From a virus (lineage: Duplodnaviria > Caudoviricetes), in IMG/VR virus record IMGVR_UViG_3300046779_000899, positions 1 to 56,544 of that record: a stretch of 56,544 bases of DNA; one strand, written 5' to 3'. Below are positions 40,554 to 50,202 of the stretch, piece by piece. The translations under genes were made by a program, and so were the position numbers. The notes under the pieces were generated by a model. It saw nothing but the letters and a program-made list of their open reading frames with translations. It made no database searches and was not told the origin of the DNA. Numbering within the stretch: the stretch's first letter is position 1; the number at the start of each line of letters is the position of its first letter.

Positions 40554-41259
40554 GTTTTACCCATTTAACGAAAGCACTTTGCAGTTTGCACCAGAACCTG
40601 TGCCAGCAAGCAAGATGATACCAGAGTGGTATCGCAAACAGCCAGGTATCGTCAAGAACGACAATGCCTACCTTGGTGGTGGTGTAGATGCAACTATTAA
40701 AAAGTGCATGGCTATCTTTGATGCCATTACAGTTGGGTACTATATCCTAGCTCCATGCGATATCTATGTAGATGCAACTGATCCAGAAAAGCTGTCATAT
40801 TCTGTACCAATGAAGATCAAGCAGTTTCAGTCAGACCTGTTTGCAATCCACTCTCCAGAGCAGTACGACCATTACCCAATTGATACTACAATCTATCACA
40901 AGCAGCTGCTAAGAATCTTCCCATTTTGGTCTGTAGAGACTCAGAAGGGCTATAGTGCATTCTACATGCAGCCACTACACAGGGCATTAGACACCCAGGC
41001 TATTCCAGGAATCATTGATACTGATAGATTTGTTTCAGAGGGGCACATGTCATTCCTGATTAAGAAGGGTTTCAAGGGTGTTATCAAGCAGGGTACTCCA
41101 CTTATCCAGGTTGTGCCATTCAAGAGAGACTCATGGACTAGTAAGATTGTTAGCATAAAAGAAGCTCTAAAGGTGCTAACTCTACAACGTTTTATTCTTA
41201 GAAGTAAATTTGTTAATTCATACAAAGATAACTTTTGGTTTAAAAAAGAGTATAAGTGA
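40537..41259 (+). CDS. Conserved phage protein with dUTPase-like beta-clip motifs (paralog 1)
   Basis: IPEWY, TIKKCMAIFDA, PGIIDTD, IKQGTPLIQVVPFKR. Confidence 0.6.
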   Translation: MKKIIKFYPFNESTLQFAPEPVPASKMIPEWYRKQPGIVKNDNAYLGGGVDATIKKCMAIFDAITVGYYILAPCDIYVDATDPEKLSYSVPMKIKQFQSDLFAIHSPEQYDHYPIDTTIYHKQLLRIFPFWSVETQKGYSAFYMQPLHRALDTQAIPGIIDTDRFVSEGHMSFLIKKGFKGVIKQGTPLIQVVPFKRDSWTSKIVSIKEALKVLTLQRFILRSKFVNSYKDNFWFKKEYK

Positions 41260-42026
41260 TTCCATTAAAGATAAAGTTTACTCCAGCATTTAAGAATTAT
41301 TCTGGACATCTGACCCCACCAGAGCCAGCCGTTAAGCACGTTCCAGAATGGTATAGGTCGCTAGCCAAGTTCGATAATTCTAATGATGAGATAACTCTAA
41401 AGCCAGTTAATAATTTAGGCACTGACGGTGCTCAAGTATCTACCAAGATGTGCATGCCGTTCTTTGACGCACTCACAGCTGGATACCAATATGTACTAGA
41501 GGATGATCTGCACGTTGATCTAGACGAAGAGGGCAAGCCCATGATGTGGTGGGCTGGAGATGTTATGCTTGTCGATAAGAGACCAATCGTAGACATTGTT
41601 GTTCCAGACAACTGTCATCCAATTCACTATGGTTGGAGAATGAACTGGTACTACGAGACTCCACCAGGATACTCTGTACTAATTACACACCCAATGAATA
41701 GGTATGATCTACCATTCTATGTTCAGTCTGGAATAGTTGAGTCTGATATATGGGGGCTTCCAGTTTTTGTAGCTTTCTTTCTAAAAAGAAACTTCCGTGG
41801 TGTAATTCCAAAAGGCACACCAATCATGCAGATCATACCATTCAAGCGTGATAACTGGGAGATGCAAGTCGAAGATTCTGAGGAAGCAATTGACAAGCAT
41901 GAATTCATGGCAGAGAACAGACGCTCCATGTTATTTGGATATTACAAAAAGACTGCTTGGAGAAAAAAGATCTTTGGCATTTTTGGAACACATTCAAAGA
42001 ATGTTGAGCATGACGATGAAGATTGA
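41256..42026 (+). CDS. Conserved phage protein with dUTPase-like beta-clip motifs (paralog 2)
   Basis: VPEWY, TKMCMPFFDA, TPPGYS, SGIVESD, IPKGTPIMQIIPFKR. Confidence 0.6.
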   Translation: MIPLKIKFTPAFKNYSGHLTPPEPAVKHVPEWYRSLAKFDNSNDEITLKPVNNLGTDGAQVSTKMCMPFFDALTAGYQYVLEDDLHVDLDEEGKPMMWWAGDVMLVDKRPIVDIVVPDNCHPIHYGWRMNWYYETPPGYSVLITHPMNRYDLPFYVQSGIVESDIWGLPVFVAFFLKRNFRGVIPKGTPIMQIIPFKRDNWEMQVEDSEEAIDKHEFMAENRRSMLFGYYKKTAWRKKIFGIFGTHSKNVEHDDED

Positions 42027-42855
42027 TGCCATAATATTCTCATATAAGAATAGAAATTTGAAGAGGGTAGTTGATGCGTTACTGTCAAATACTACTAATG
42101 AAATTTTTGTAACCGTGTTTGACCAGAATCCTATAGATAGGACAGAGATATTTGCTGATCCTAGAATTGATTATAGTCATGTGGTCTGGGATAAGATTGG
42201 CAGTCCTAGCGAAAGAAAGGGCGACGCTATAAACAAATCGCAGGCTGACTACATTCTGGAGCTATCTGACGATTCCCTGGTGTCTATGGGATGGGACGAA
42301 ATGCTAATTAAGCAAGTAGAGGAAAAATCTTGCATAGTTTCTGGTCGTGGCAAAGTAAATGTTTTTAAAGATGGGTATTTCTTTATTGAAAAAAACAATT
42401 CCCCAGAGGAGCCATCTCAATTAACTAATTATATAGATAGAAACTTTATATTTTCTAGCCAAAGAATTTGGAAGTCTATTCAATATCCGTACTACCTAAA
42501 ATATAATGGTGAGGAAGAGGCTCTAAGCCTAGACTTTTTTATGTCGGGATATGACATCTACTCAGCACCACAAATTACATACGAAGATCTTGGACTAAGG
42601 ACATTCCAAAATCTATATGTTCCATTCTCTAAAGACCACAATTACAATATGGTTGTTGACAAGCTGAATGAGTCAATATCAAAGACCAATTCCCGTAGAT
42701 CTGGCAAAGACTTTTTTCATTTTCACGGTATCGAAGATGCTACCCTAAAGCACCTACCATACCCTACCAACGATGTTCTATATGATCAATACAGGCTTAA
42801 GTTCCAGGACGTGGACGCAAGAAAGTTTATATCTAAAACAAAATCTATCTATTGA
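42010..42855 (+). CDS. GT-A glycosyltransferase, GT60/Gnt1-like
   Basis: IFSYKN start, YILELSDDS (DxD region), NFIFS, YNGEEEALSLDFFMSGYDIYSAP. Confidence 0.6.
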   Translation: MTMKIDAIIFSYKNRNLKRVVDALLSNTTNEIFVTVFDQNPIDRTEIFADPRIDYSHVVWDKIGSPSERKGDAINKSQADYILELSDDSLVSMGWDEMLIKQVEEKSCIVSGRGKVNVFKDGYFFIEKNNSPEEPSQLTNYIDRNFIFSSQRIWKSIQYPYYLKYNGEEEALSLDFFMSGYDIYSAPQITYEDLGLRTFQNLYVPFSKDHNYNMVVDKLNESISKTNSRRSGKDFFHFHGIEDATLKHLPYPTNDVLYDQYRLKFQDVDARKFISKTKSIY

Positions 42856-42878
42856 TATAATTAACATAGGAGGAAAAG

Positions 42879-43478
42879 ATGCACAGAATACACATAATTG
42901 ATAATTTTATTACACCAGAGGATGCTCAGACGCTAATCAATGAGCAGAAAAACCCATCTGAAGTTAACCCATACCCAGAGTATTACAAAGAACGGTTTGG
43001 TGGCACAGCTTTTCCATATAACAAGACGGTAATGGATCTTTTGATTAAGTATGGTCATAAGGCTAATGAAGTTCACAAAGAGCAAAATAGTTTTGTAAAT
43101 CCAATCTATGTTTTTAAGTCATTTGGATCTTGGTGGCAGCCAGGCACTAAGGGTGGCCTACATCTGGATGCACAAGACCCAGAACCCTTTATTGAGTGGA
43201 GCACTATTATCTATCTAAATGATCCTGCAGAGTATGAGGGTGGAGTGATATACTTCCCAAATCAAAACTTTGAATATAAGCCAAGACAGTACTCGGCAGT
43301 ATTCTTCCCATCAGCTGGATCTGAATATATTCACGGTATTACTGAAATTACTTCTGGCACTAGGCACACCGCACTATACATGCATACAAGCATTCCGCAA
43401 TACTTGGATCCAGAGTTTCACCCAGAGGTAGATCGAACCTACTGGCATGCACAGCAGCACCCATACGCTAGGGCATAG
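42879..43478 (+). CDS. Prolyl-4-hydroxylase-like 2OG-Fe(II) oxygenase
   Basis: IIDNFITPED, HLD, IIYLND.YEGG, HGITEITSGTR. Confidence 0.85.
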   Translation: MHRIHIIDNFITPEDAQTLINEQKNPSEVNPYPEYYKERFGGTAFPYNKTVMDLLIKYGHKANEVHKEQNSFVNPIYVFKSFGSWWQPGTKGGLHLDAQDPEPFIEWSTIIYLNDPAEYEGGVIYFPNQNFEYKPRQYSAVFFPSAGSEYIHGITEITSGTRHTALYMHTSIPQYLDPEFHPEVDRTYWHAQQHPYARA

Positions 43479-43479
43479 A

Positions 43480-44892
43480 ATGAGGGTGTTTGGATTTAAT
43501 GAGACATCACACGATGCTGCTTTGGCGGTGATTGAAGATGGCAAGATACTTTTTGCTGGACATGCTGAGCGTTATAGCAAGCAGAAGAATGACTGGTATA
43601 CCAATCAGGGGCTGTGGGATGATGCATATGGGTACGGTCAGCCAGATGCAATTGCATATTATGAAAAGCCATGGCTAAAAAGATTACGACTCTCGATAAA
43701 GGGCGGTGCAGCTGATTGGAAGCCAAAGAATAGATTTGATAAGTCGTTTGAACATCACTACTCTCACGCAGCCGCAGGCTACTTTACTAGTAACTTTGAA
43801 GATGCAACCATTGTTGTCCTAGATGCTATTGGAGAGTTCACAACTTCAAGTGTTTGGGTAGCCAAAGGCGATCAGATTAAGCTGCATAAAAAGTGGTCAT
43901 ACCCATACAGTCTTGGACTATTCTATTCGGCCTTCACACAATTGATTGGCCTCAAGCCAAACGAAGAAGAGTACATCATGATGGGGATGGCAGGCTATGG
44001 CAATCCAGATATTTATCTAGATAAAGTATCAGAATACTTTCCATCAGTTTACTCTCAGAAATATAATTTTCACAAAGGGATCTTAGACTGGAACTCAATC
44101 ATCTTAGAACAAGATAAGTTTGACATTGCAGCAGCAGTTCAAAAGGTATACGAAGACAGGCTATGGGACTTTATGTATATAGCACGTCAGGAGACACAAA
44201 GTGCTAATCTAGTATTCATGGGGGGCTGTGCCCTCAATAGCAAAGCAAACACTGTGCTGTGGGACATCTTTCCTAATGTTTGGATTATGCCTAATCCAGG
44301 AGATGCTGGAAGCTCTTTGGGGGCTGCAGCAGCCCTATACGGAAAGCATTTAGATTGGCAAGGACCGTATCTGGGATACGATCTTGGTGGGGAATATCCA
44401 GTAGACGATATCTTTAATGAGATAATGACAAACAAGATTGCAGCAGTAGCAACTGGAAGAGCTGAGTTTGGTCCTAGGGCATTAGGGAACCGCAGTATCT
44501 TGGCAGACCCACGTGACCCACAGATAAAAGATAAGGTGAATAAAATTAAGCAGAGAGAGTTGTTCAGACCTTTTGCTCCAGTAATCATGGCTGAGCATGC
44601 TTCAGAATGGTTTGATATGAACTATGAGTCTCCATACATGCAGTACACTCCAAAATGCTTAAAGCCAGATCTAATTCCATCTGTAGTTCATGTTGATGGT
44701 ACATCCAGGGTACAGACTGTCACTAGGATGCAACATCCAGGGTTATATGCAGTTCTTGAAAAATTCTATGCAGAAACTGGGGTACCGTTATTGCTAAATA
44801 CTAGCTTGAACATAAAAGGGCAGCCATTGCTTAATGATGAGCAGGACATTGAGGACTGGGAACGTAGATATAGTGCTAGAATTATTAGGTAG
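43480..44892 (+). CDS. O-carbamoyltransferase (NodU/CmcH/TobZ family)
   Basis: HDAA, ERY, HHYSHAA, GGCALN, EFGPRALGNRS, FRPFAP, HVDGTSRVQTV, LNTSLN. Confidence 0.95.
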   Translation: MRVFGFNETSHDAALAVIEDGKILFAGHAERYSKQKNDWYTNQGLWDDAYGYGQPDAIAYYEKPWLKRLRLSIKGGAADWKPKNRFDKSFEHHYSHAAAGYFTSNFEDATIVVLDAIGEFTTSSVWVAKGDQIKLHKKWSYPYSLGLFYSAFTQLIGLKPNEEEYIMMGMAGYGNPDIYLDKVSEYFPSVYSQKYNFHKGILDWNSIILEQDKFDIAAAVQKVYEDRLWDFMYIARQETQSANLVFMGGCALNSKANTVLWDIFPNVWIMPNPGDAGSSLGAAAALYGKHLDWQGPYLGYDLGGEYPVDDIFNEIMTNKIAAVATGRAEFGPRALGNRSILADPRDPQIKDKVNKIKQRELFRPFAPVIMAEHASEWFDMNYESPYMQYTPKCLKPDLIPSVVHVDGTSRVQTVTRMQHPGLYAVLEKFYAETGVPLLLNTSLNIKGQPLLNDEQDIEDWERRYSARIIR

Positions 44893-44904
44893 AAAGTAGG
44901 AGAA

Positions 44905-45549
44905 ATGGAATACGAAGTTTTAGACTTAGGTTTGGTTTACTATAAAAATGTAATACCAGATCCGCAGTTCATTATTGATACAGTTAATGATGTAGATGCA
45001 AGATTTTTGAATAACGAACATGGGGATGCCCATACTGATGTGAAGCCTTGGACAGCTTGGACATATGGCGACATGACCTTTAACTGGCAAAAGTTTTTCC
45101 CAGAATCAAAGCATGTGCGTGAGGATGACTATTTTAAAAATGAGGTACGGCAAGTATCCGATATGCTCTATTCGTCACTAGACAAGGCATATGAGCATTA
45201 TTCTAATGTCATTTACCCATTTGCTGCTAACAATATAAAGAGTCGTGAACAAAGCATTCACCTGCTAAGGTATGAAAAGGGTGGACACCTTCCTGCTCAT
45301 CAAGATCAGGGGGTCAGTAGCCGTGTGCTGTCTAGTGTGATGTACCTAAACGACAACTATGATGGTGGAGAAATAGAGTTTAAGAACTCTAATGTAAAGC
45401 TAAAGCCAGAAGCTGGAAGCATCATATTCTTTCCATCCAACTTTTTGTATATACATGAAGTATATCCAATAACTAATGGGGCAAGATATTCTATGCCACA
45501 CTGGTATCACAATATGAAAAATCTTATTCAGTCTAATGGTGATGAGTAA
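44905..45549 (+). CDS. Prolyl-4-hydroxylase-like 2OG-Fe(II) oxygenase
   Basis: HQD, MYLNDNYDGGEI, HEVYPITNGARY. Confidence 0.85.
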   Translation: MEYEVLDLGLVYYKNVIPDPQFIIDTVNDVDARFLNNEHGDAHTDVKPWTAWTYGDMTFNWQKFFPESKHVREDDYFKNEVRQVSDMLYSSLDKAYEHYSNVIYPFAANNIKSREQSIHLLRYEKGGHLPAHQDQGVSSRVLSSVMYLNDNYDGGEIEFKNSNVKLKPEAGSIIFFPSNFLYIHEVYPITNGARYSMPHWYHNMKNLIQSNGDE

Positions 45550-45601
45550 TCTGGGTTTTGCTCGTTGTGATATAATTAAAATAATCTGAAAGGAAGACTG
45601 T

Positions 45602-46354
45602 ATGTCTAAATATCAATATCCTATTGATGGAGCCATGGGTAAAACATGGAAGATCACTAGCAAGATGGGTTGGAGAATCCACCCAGTAAAGAAAGAAAAG
45701 AAGCACCACAATGGAACAGACATCTGTGGACTTGGTAAGGGTCCATGGTACATCGAAGCATTTGCTGATGGAAAAGTTCTAAAGGCCCAGGCATCTACAG
45801 CACCTGGTGGTGGCTTTGGTCACTATGTTGTTATCCAGCACAAGATTGATGGAGAGTGGTACACATCTCTATACGCACATATGGTTCCTGGATCAATCCA
45901 GGTTAAGGCTGGGCAAAAGGTTACAGCTGGAACCGTACTTGGAAAGATGGGAACATCTGGCATGTCTACTGGAGTACACCTTCACTGGGAGATCTGGAAG
46001 GGTAAGACTCACGGCTGGTCTGCAGATGGTAAGGGATTTGTCGAGCCAGTTGGATTTGTCAAGGCTTTGATGACTGCTCAGAAAGCAAAAGACTTTGCGA
46101 ATGAGGCAACTCCTGAAGATGCCCCACTTGTAGAAGCACCTGTAGTAGCAGCTCCAAAGCCAGTTGTAAAGGCAGCTCCAGTAGTTGCAAAGCCTGCTGC
46201 CAAATCTGCTGCCAAGATCTACAAGGTAAAGTCTGGTGATACTCTAAGCGGTATTGCTGCAAAGAATAAGACAACTGTAGCAGCACTAACTAAGCTAAAT
46301 GGTATTAAGGACGCTAGCAAGATTAGCGTAGGACAGGCAATCAAGCTACCATAA
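45602..46354 (+). CDS. Endolysin: M23 peptidase + LysM
   Basis: HNGTD, YAHM, TGVHLHWE; Pro/Ala/Lys linker; YKVKSGDTLSGIA LysM. Confidence 0.9.
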   Translation: MSKYQYPIDGAMGKTWKITSKMGWRIHPVKKEKKHHNGTDICGLGKGPWYIEAFADGKVLKAQASTAPGGGFGHYVVIQHKIDGEWYTSLYAHMVPGSIQVKAGQKVTAGTVLGKMGTSGMSTGVHLHWEIWKGKTHGWSADGKGFVEPVGFVKALMTAQKAKDFANEATPEDAPLVEAPVVAAPKPVVKAAPVVAKPAAKSAAKIYKVKSGDTLSGIAAKNKTTVAALTKLNGIKDASKISVGQAIKLP

Positions 46355-46530
46355 TGGCTACATACGAATACAAGTGCAAGTCATGCGATGCCTCTATAAC
46401 AGTATCTAGGGGCATCGCTGACAAAGAAATTGTTCCTAAATGTTTAGCTTGCAATACTGACTATAGTAGGGTATACTCTTCTTTAGGTGTTACCTTCAAG
46501 GGTAGCGGTTTTTATAGTACAGACAAATAG
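46354..46530 (+). CDS. FmdB-family zinc ribbon protein (not in ORF track)
   Basis: Manual translation MATYEYKCKSC...CLAC...FKGSGFYSTDK. Confidence 0.85.
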   Translation: MATYEYKCKSCDASITVSRGIADKEIVPKCLACNTDYSRVYSSLGVTFKGSGFYSTDK

Positions 46531-46538
46531 GAGTATTA

Positions 46539-46781
46539 GTGTTTGAGTTAGCAGAGCCAAAGACTTGGGTTCTTACAGCAGCAGACAGATGTGATGCAGA
46601 TTGTTCTGCACAGGCATATGTAAAGGTTACTGGAGTAACTGGAGATCTTTTGTTCTGCTCTCATCACTATGACGAAGTAATGAACAGCACATCTGGGTAT
46701 GAAAAGATGATGAAATTCGCATATGACTTTTTAGATGAACGAGAAAGACTTATCGAAAACAGGTTAGTTGGGGAAAATTGA
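46539..46781 (+). CDS. Small Cys/His protein
   Basis: LTAADRCD..C.AQAY...LFCSHH; GGAG RBS, GTG start. Confidence 0.6.
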   Translation: MFELAEPKTWVLTAADRCDADCSAQAYVKVTGVTGDLLFCSHHYDEVMNSTSGYEKMMKFAYDFLDERERLIENRLVGEN

Positions 46782-47539
46782 TTATCCAAATTATTGGTCT
46801 ACCAGGTAGTGGAAAGACTACTCTGGCAAAAGCATTGCTAGAGAAAATAGATGCTGTGCACTTAAATGCTGATGAGGTAAGAGCAACAGTAAATTCAGAT
46901 TTAGGCTTTAGCATTGAAGATAGAATTGAGAATGCTAGGAGGCTTGGGGCAATTGCCGAACTACTTTCTTCACAAGGTCGAACAGTTATCGTTGATTTTG
47001 TTTGTCCAACAGTAGAGACAAGAAAAGCTTTTGGCTATTCAGATTTTCTAATTTGGATGGATAGAATTGACGAAGGCAGATTTGCGGACACCAACTCTAT
47101 CTGGCAAAAACCAGCAGTCTGCGATCTTAGAATTGTTAATGGTCTTTCTGTGGAAGAAGAAGTAAGTCTGGTCATCAAAGAAGCAGAACTATTTGATTGG
47201 TCTGCCCCAACTACCCTACAGCTTGGTAGATATCAGCCATGGCATGAGGGACATCAGGCACTGAAGGACGAGGCACACAAACGAACAGACCAGGTGCTAA
47301 TTGGGATAAGGAATACGTATGGAACTTCGGAAAAGGATCCGCTCACTTATGAGCAAGTTGAACAAAGGATTGTTGCATATTGGGGAGATTTACAGCAAAA
47401 TACCATGGTCATGAGATTGCCAAACATTACTAACATAGTGTACGGACGTGATGTGGGCTATAAGATTGAAAAAGTTGAGCTGCCACCAGAGATTCAGGCT
47501 ATCTCTGCCACACAAAAACGGAAAGAGCTTGGCATATGA
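46778..47539 (+). CDS. APS-kinase-like P-loop domain fused to an HxGH nucleotidyltransferase domain
   Basis: GLPGSGKT, DLGFSIEDRIEN; GRYQPWHEGH; YGRDVGY. Confidence 0.8.
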   Translation: MIIQIIGLPGSGKTTLAKALLEKIDAVHLNADEVRATVNSDLGFSIEDRIENARRLGAIAELLSSQGRTVIVDFVCPTVETRKAFGYSDFLIWMDRIDEGRFADTNSIWQKPAVCDLRIVNGLSVEEEVSLVIKEAELFDWSAPTTLQLGRYQPWHEGHQALKDEAHKRTDQVLIGIRNTYGTSEKDPLTYEQVEQRIVAYWGDLQQNTMVMRLPNITNIVYGRDVGYKIEKVELPPEIQAISATQKRKELGI

Positions 47540-47739
47540 AGGTTACTAAGGCAAGATCGCTAGCAAAAGCCTTTAGCTATAGAATCTGGGGAACACTCTC
47601 GTCATTCGCTGTAGCTTTTATTTTAACTGGAAGTGCGGAGCTATCTGGCCTTATTGCTTTTTGGGAAACTGTAGTTAAGGTATTTATATATTACGTACAT
47701 GAACGTGGATGGAACTTTATACAATGGGGAAGAAAATAA
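47536..47739 (+). CDS. DUF2061-like membrane protein
   Basis: RSLAKAFSYR...YYVHERGW...WG. Confidence 0.8.
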   Translation: MKVTKARSLAKAFSYRIWGTLSSFAVAFILTGSAELSGLIAFWETVVKVFIYYVHERGWNFIQWGRK

Positions 47740-47740
47740 A

Positions 47741-48247
47741 ATGATTATTCAAATGTTTGGAATGGATGCCCACGCACGTGGGGTAATTGGTAGAGAGGTA
47801 GCCAGACAGTTAGATGCTTGGTACTTAGCTAGCACTGACCTGCCAATGGGACATACACAGCCACAGCAAGCTAGATGGCTCAGGGTAGTGTCTAAGGTAT
47901 TTGATCGCAACTATCACGGTGATATTATCACTAGTGGTTATTTCGCTACTGCCGAGGCTAGAGAACAATATAAGATTGAGCCTGGACGCAAGATGCCAGA
48001 CCTAGCGATCTATGTTGATACTATTGCACACGAAGATTTTGACAAGATCCCAGGGTACATTGAACGTAAGGTTCAGCTTGTGGACAACCACGATAACCAA
48101 GAATTCCAGGAATTAAACTACTGGGAAGAGCCAGACCCAAGTGAATATGACATACATATCACAAGGCTAGGCAATGATGACGATAACTCTGCTGAATATT
48201 GGGCTGAAGTTATTATTAAAAAGGTTGAGGAATTAAGAAATGTTTGA
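47741..48247 (+). CDS. Degenerate paralog of the upstream kinase domain
   Basis: MIIQMFGM aligns to MIIQIIGL but the P-loop GSGKT is lost. Confidence 0.5.
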   Translation: MIIQMFGMDAHARGVIGREVARQLDAWYLASTDLPMGHTQPQQARWLRVVSKVFDRNYHGDIITSGYFATAEAREQYKIEPGRKMPDLAIYVDTIAHEDFDKIPGYIERKVQLVDNHDNQEFQELNYWEEPDPSEYDIHITRLGNDDDNSAEYWAEVIIKKVEELRNV

Positions 48248-48647
48248 ATATTACGTTAAAGAAGTTACAAAAGTTGTAGATGGAGACACTATTGATGTGG
48301 TTATTGATCTTGGTTTTGATATTAGCTTTAGTTCTAGGGTTAGACTAGCTGGAATTGATACTCCAGAATCTAGAACTGCAGACAAGATGGAAAAGGCCTT
48401 GGGACTAGAGTCTAAGAAATTCTTGGCTGATAAAATTAAGTCTGCAAAAAATATTGTTATCAAGACTGAGAAACTGGACAGCTCTGAGAAGTATGGGCGT
48501 ATCCTTGGATGGCTATATCTAGACGGCGATGGAAACTCTGTTAACCATGAGATGATTGAAAAGGGATATGCCTGGGGTTATCTTGGTGATACAAAAGTTA
48601 AAGACTTTGATGCTCTCGCAAAAGCACGAGCAAAATCTGCTAACTGA
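48240..48647 (+). CDS. Thermonuclease (SNase-like)
   Basis: VVDGDT, RLAGIDTPE, KYGRILG, GYA. Confidence 0.92.
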   Translation: MFEYYVKEVTKVVDGDTIDVVIDLGFDISFSSRVRLAGIDTPESRTADKMEKALGLESKKFLADKIKSAKNIVIKTEKLDSSEKYGRILGWLYLDGDGNSVNHEMIEKGYAWGYLGDTKVKDFDALAKARAKSAN

Positions 48648-48673
48648 TAAAAGTACAGTAGTATAATTTTATT

Positions 48674-49108
48674 ATGGAATACCTAATTGGGTTTTTTACA
48701 GGCACTGTGCTGATGATTCTGTCGTACAGATTTATTATTACAAAAAACCTAGTTACAAATAAAAGAATTAAGGTTCCATACTCTCAAAGTAATATTGTCT
48801 CTGTGCTTAAGCCACTCGGTGTCTTGAATTATGTAACAGACAGCAAAGAGCTCAAGAAAACCCAGGCCAGCGAATACGAGAAGTCTCAAACAGTTAGAGT
48901 AATCATGACTGAGAACCAAGCATATTGGATCAAGGACAACGTATTCTATACGGCTGACATAGATGAAAATTTTTATATTAATAATGAATCGACCAGAAGG
49001 GTTGACACAATGAACATGGATAAGGTACAATTAGAAAAGATCATGTTCATCGTAGATAAATTAACTGAGGAGTCCAGAAATGATGATAGCAGTCCAAGGG
49101 ACACGTAG
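48674..49108 (+). CDS. Membrane-anchored hypothetical protein
   Basis: N-terminal TM helix; leaderless ATG 6 nt after TATAAT. Confidence 0.6.
   Translation: MEYLIGFFTGTVLMILSYRFIITKNLVTNKRIKVPYSQSNIVSVLKPLGVLNYVTDSKELKKTQASEYEKSQTVRVIMTENQAYWIKDNVFYTADIDENFYINNESTRRVDTMNMDKVQLEKIMFIVDKLTEESRNDDSSPRDT
49002..49031 (+). promoter_or_regulatory. Intragenic promoter upstream of the SLOG-like gene
   Basis: TTGACA-18-TACAAT. Confidence 0.6.
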
Positions 49109-49430
49109 CTTTAACGACTACACCATCTTCCTTAGAGCTATGGGCACTGCGATGTCCATGATGGATTCAGAAGATGATGAAATTTCGATCTTTACTGCAG
49201 GACCATACCAAGTAAATGCTATGGCTATGGAGTTTTCGAATGTATCTGAGAGAAGCCTGAAGGCACGTGGAAAGAGGATTAAGGTAGTTAAGGTTCCTCC
49301 TACATGGATCGAAAAGAACATTCATGATATCGACTACCTTGCGTTCTTTAGCAAACCAAAGGAGCCAGTCTCGCACCTAGTAGACTTGGCAGACGCTAAA
49401 GATGTTGAGGTAGGAGTATATAGATACTAA
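49080..49430 (+). CDS. SLOG/YspA-like protein
   Basis: IAVQGTRSFNDY N-terminus. Confidence 0.5.
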   Translation: MMIAVQGTRSFNDYTIFLRAMGTAMSMMDSEDDEISIFTAGPYQVNAMAMEFSNVSERSLKARGKRIKVVKVPPTWIEKNIHDIDYLAFFSKPKEPVSHLVDLADAKDVEVGVYRY

Positions 49431-49470
49431 TCCTGTATCTATAAGGCAACAAAATAATAGGAGTGCGATT

Positions 49471-49680
49471 ATGTTAATTAATTCACTTGATAAAATGGAG
49501 CGTATTGTAGAAAACAATAGAGCTCTTTCCTGGGATGGCTGGACCGTAGTGGAAAGCAATTTCAAGGAAAATGGCGTTGTATCTAAAGATGGTGCATACG
49601 TTAATGGTAGATGGATCGTGCAGAGACGTTACGATGCTACCGCTACTGGCTGGGAGATACCAGACAAGTTTGTGAGGTAA
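49471..49680 (+). CDS. Hypothetical protein
   Basis: AGGAG RBS; LSWDGWTVV. Confidence 0.6.
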   Translation: MLINSLDKMERIVENNRALSWDGWTVVESNFKENGVVSKDGAYVNGRWIVQRRYDATATGWEIPDKFVR

Positions 49681-49684
49681 GTTC

Positions 49685-49966
49685 ATGAAGAATGACTGGA
49701 AAGAAAAAGGTTCCTGCCATAATTATGATACTAACTTCTTTTTTGATAAGTACGAAGAAAACATTCAGCTAAGATCTGCAATAGATCAATTATGCTATGA
49801 ATGTCCATTAGTTAGACACTGTTTTGCTGTTGGTGTATCCACAAAGGCCTGGGGCGTTTGGGGTGGGGTATATCTGGAGAATGGAGAAATCTCTAGAGAA
49901 TTCAATAGACACAGAACAAAGGTTCAGTGGGCTGAAAAATGGAAAAACTTAACGATGGATAAATGA
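49685..49966 (+). CDS. whiB: WhiB-family transcription factor
   Basis: W...C...FF...CYECPLVRHC...GVWGG. Confidence 0.88.
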   Translation: MKNDWKEKGSCHNYDTNFFFDKYEENIQLRSAIDQLCYECPLVRHCFAVGVSTKAWGVWGGVYLENGEISREFNRHRTKVQWAEKWKNLTMDK

Positions 49967-50202
49967 TGTATACAGATGCAATGAAAATGGCTTTTCATTC
50001 AATAGTTCCACCTAAGAATTTTGGTGTGCAACTAATAGATAATGATCACTTCATTACAGTAAAGGCTAAAGAGGATATCTTTATGCGATTGCTCGATGAG
50101 GAAAAGCGAGAGGCTATCGAGTACATGATACGTGTTAAGAAGGCTCTAGAAGACAATGGAGCCATCGTACTGATAGTTAGAGAAGGTGGGGTAGAGCAAT
50201 GA
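49963..50202 (+). CDS. Hypothetical protein
   Basis: ATGA-coupled at both ends. Confidence 0.6.
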   Translation: MMYTDAMKMAFHSIVPPKNFGVQLIDNDHFITVKAKEDIFMRLLDEEKREAIEYMIRVKKALEDNGAIVLIVREGGVEQ

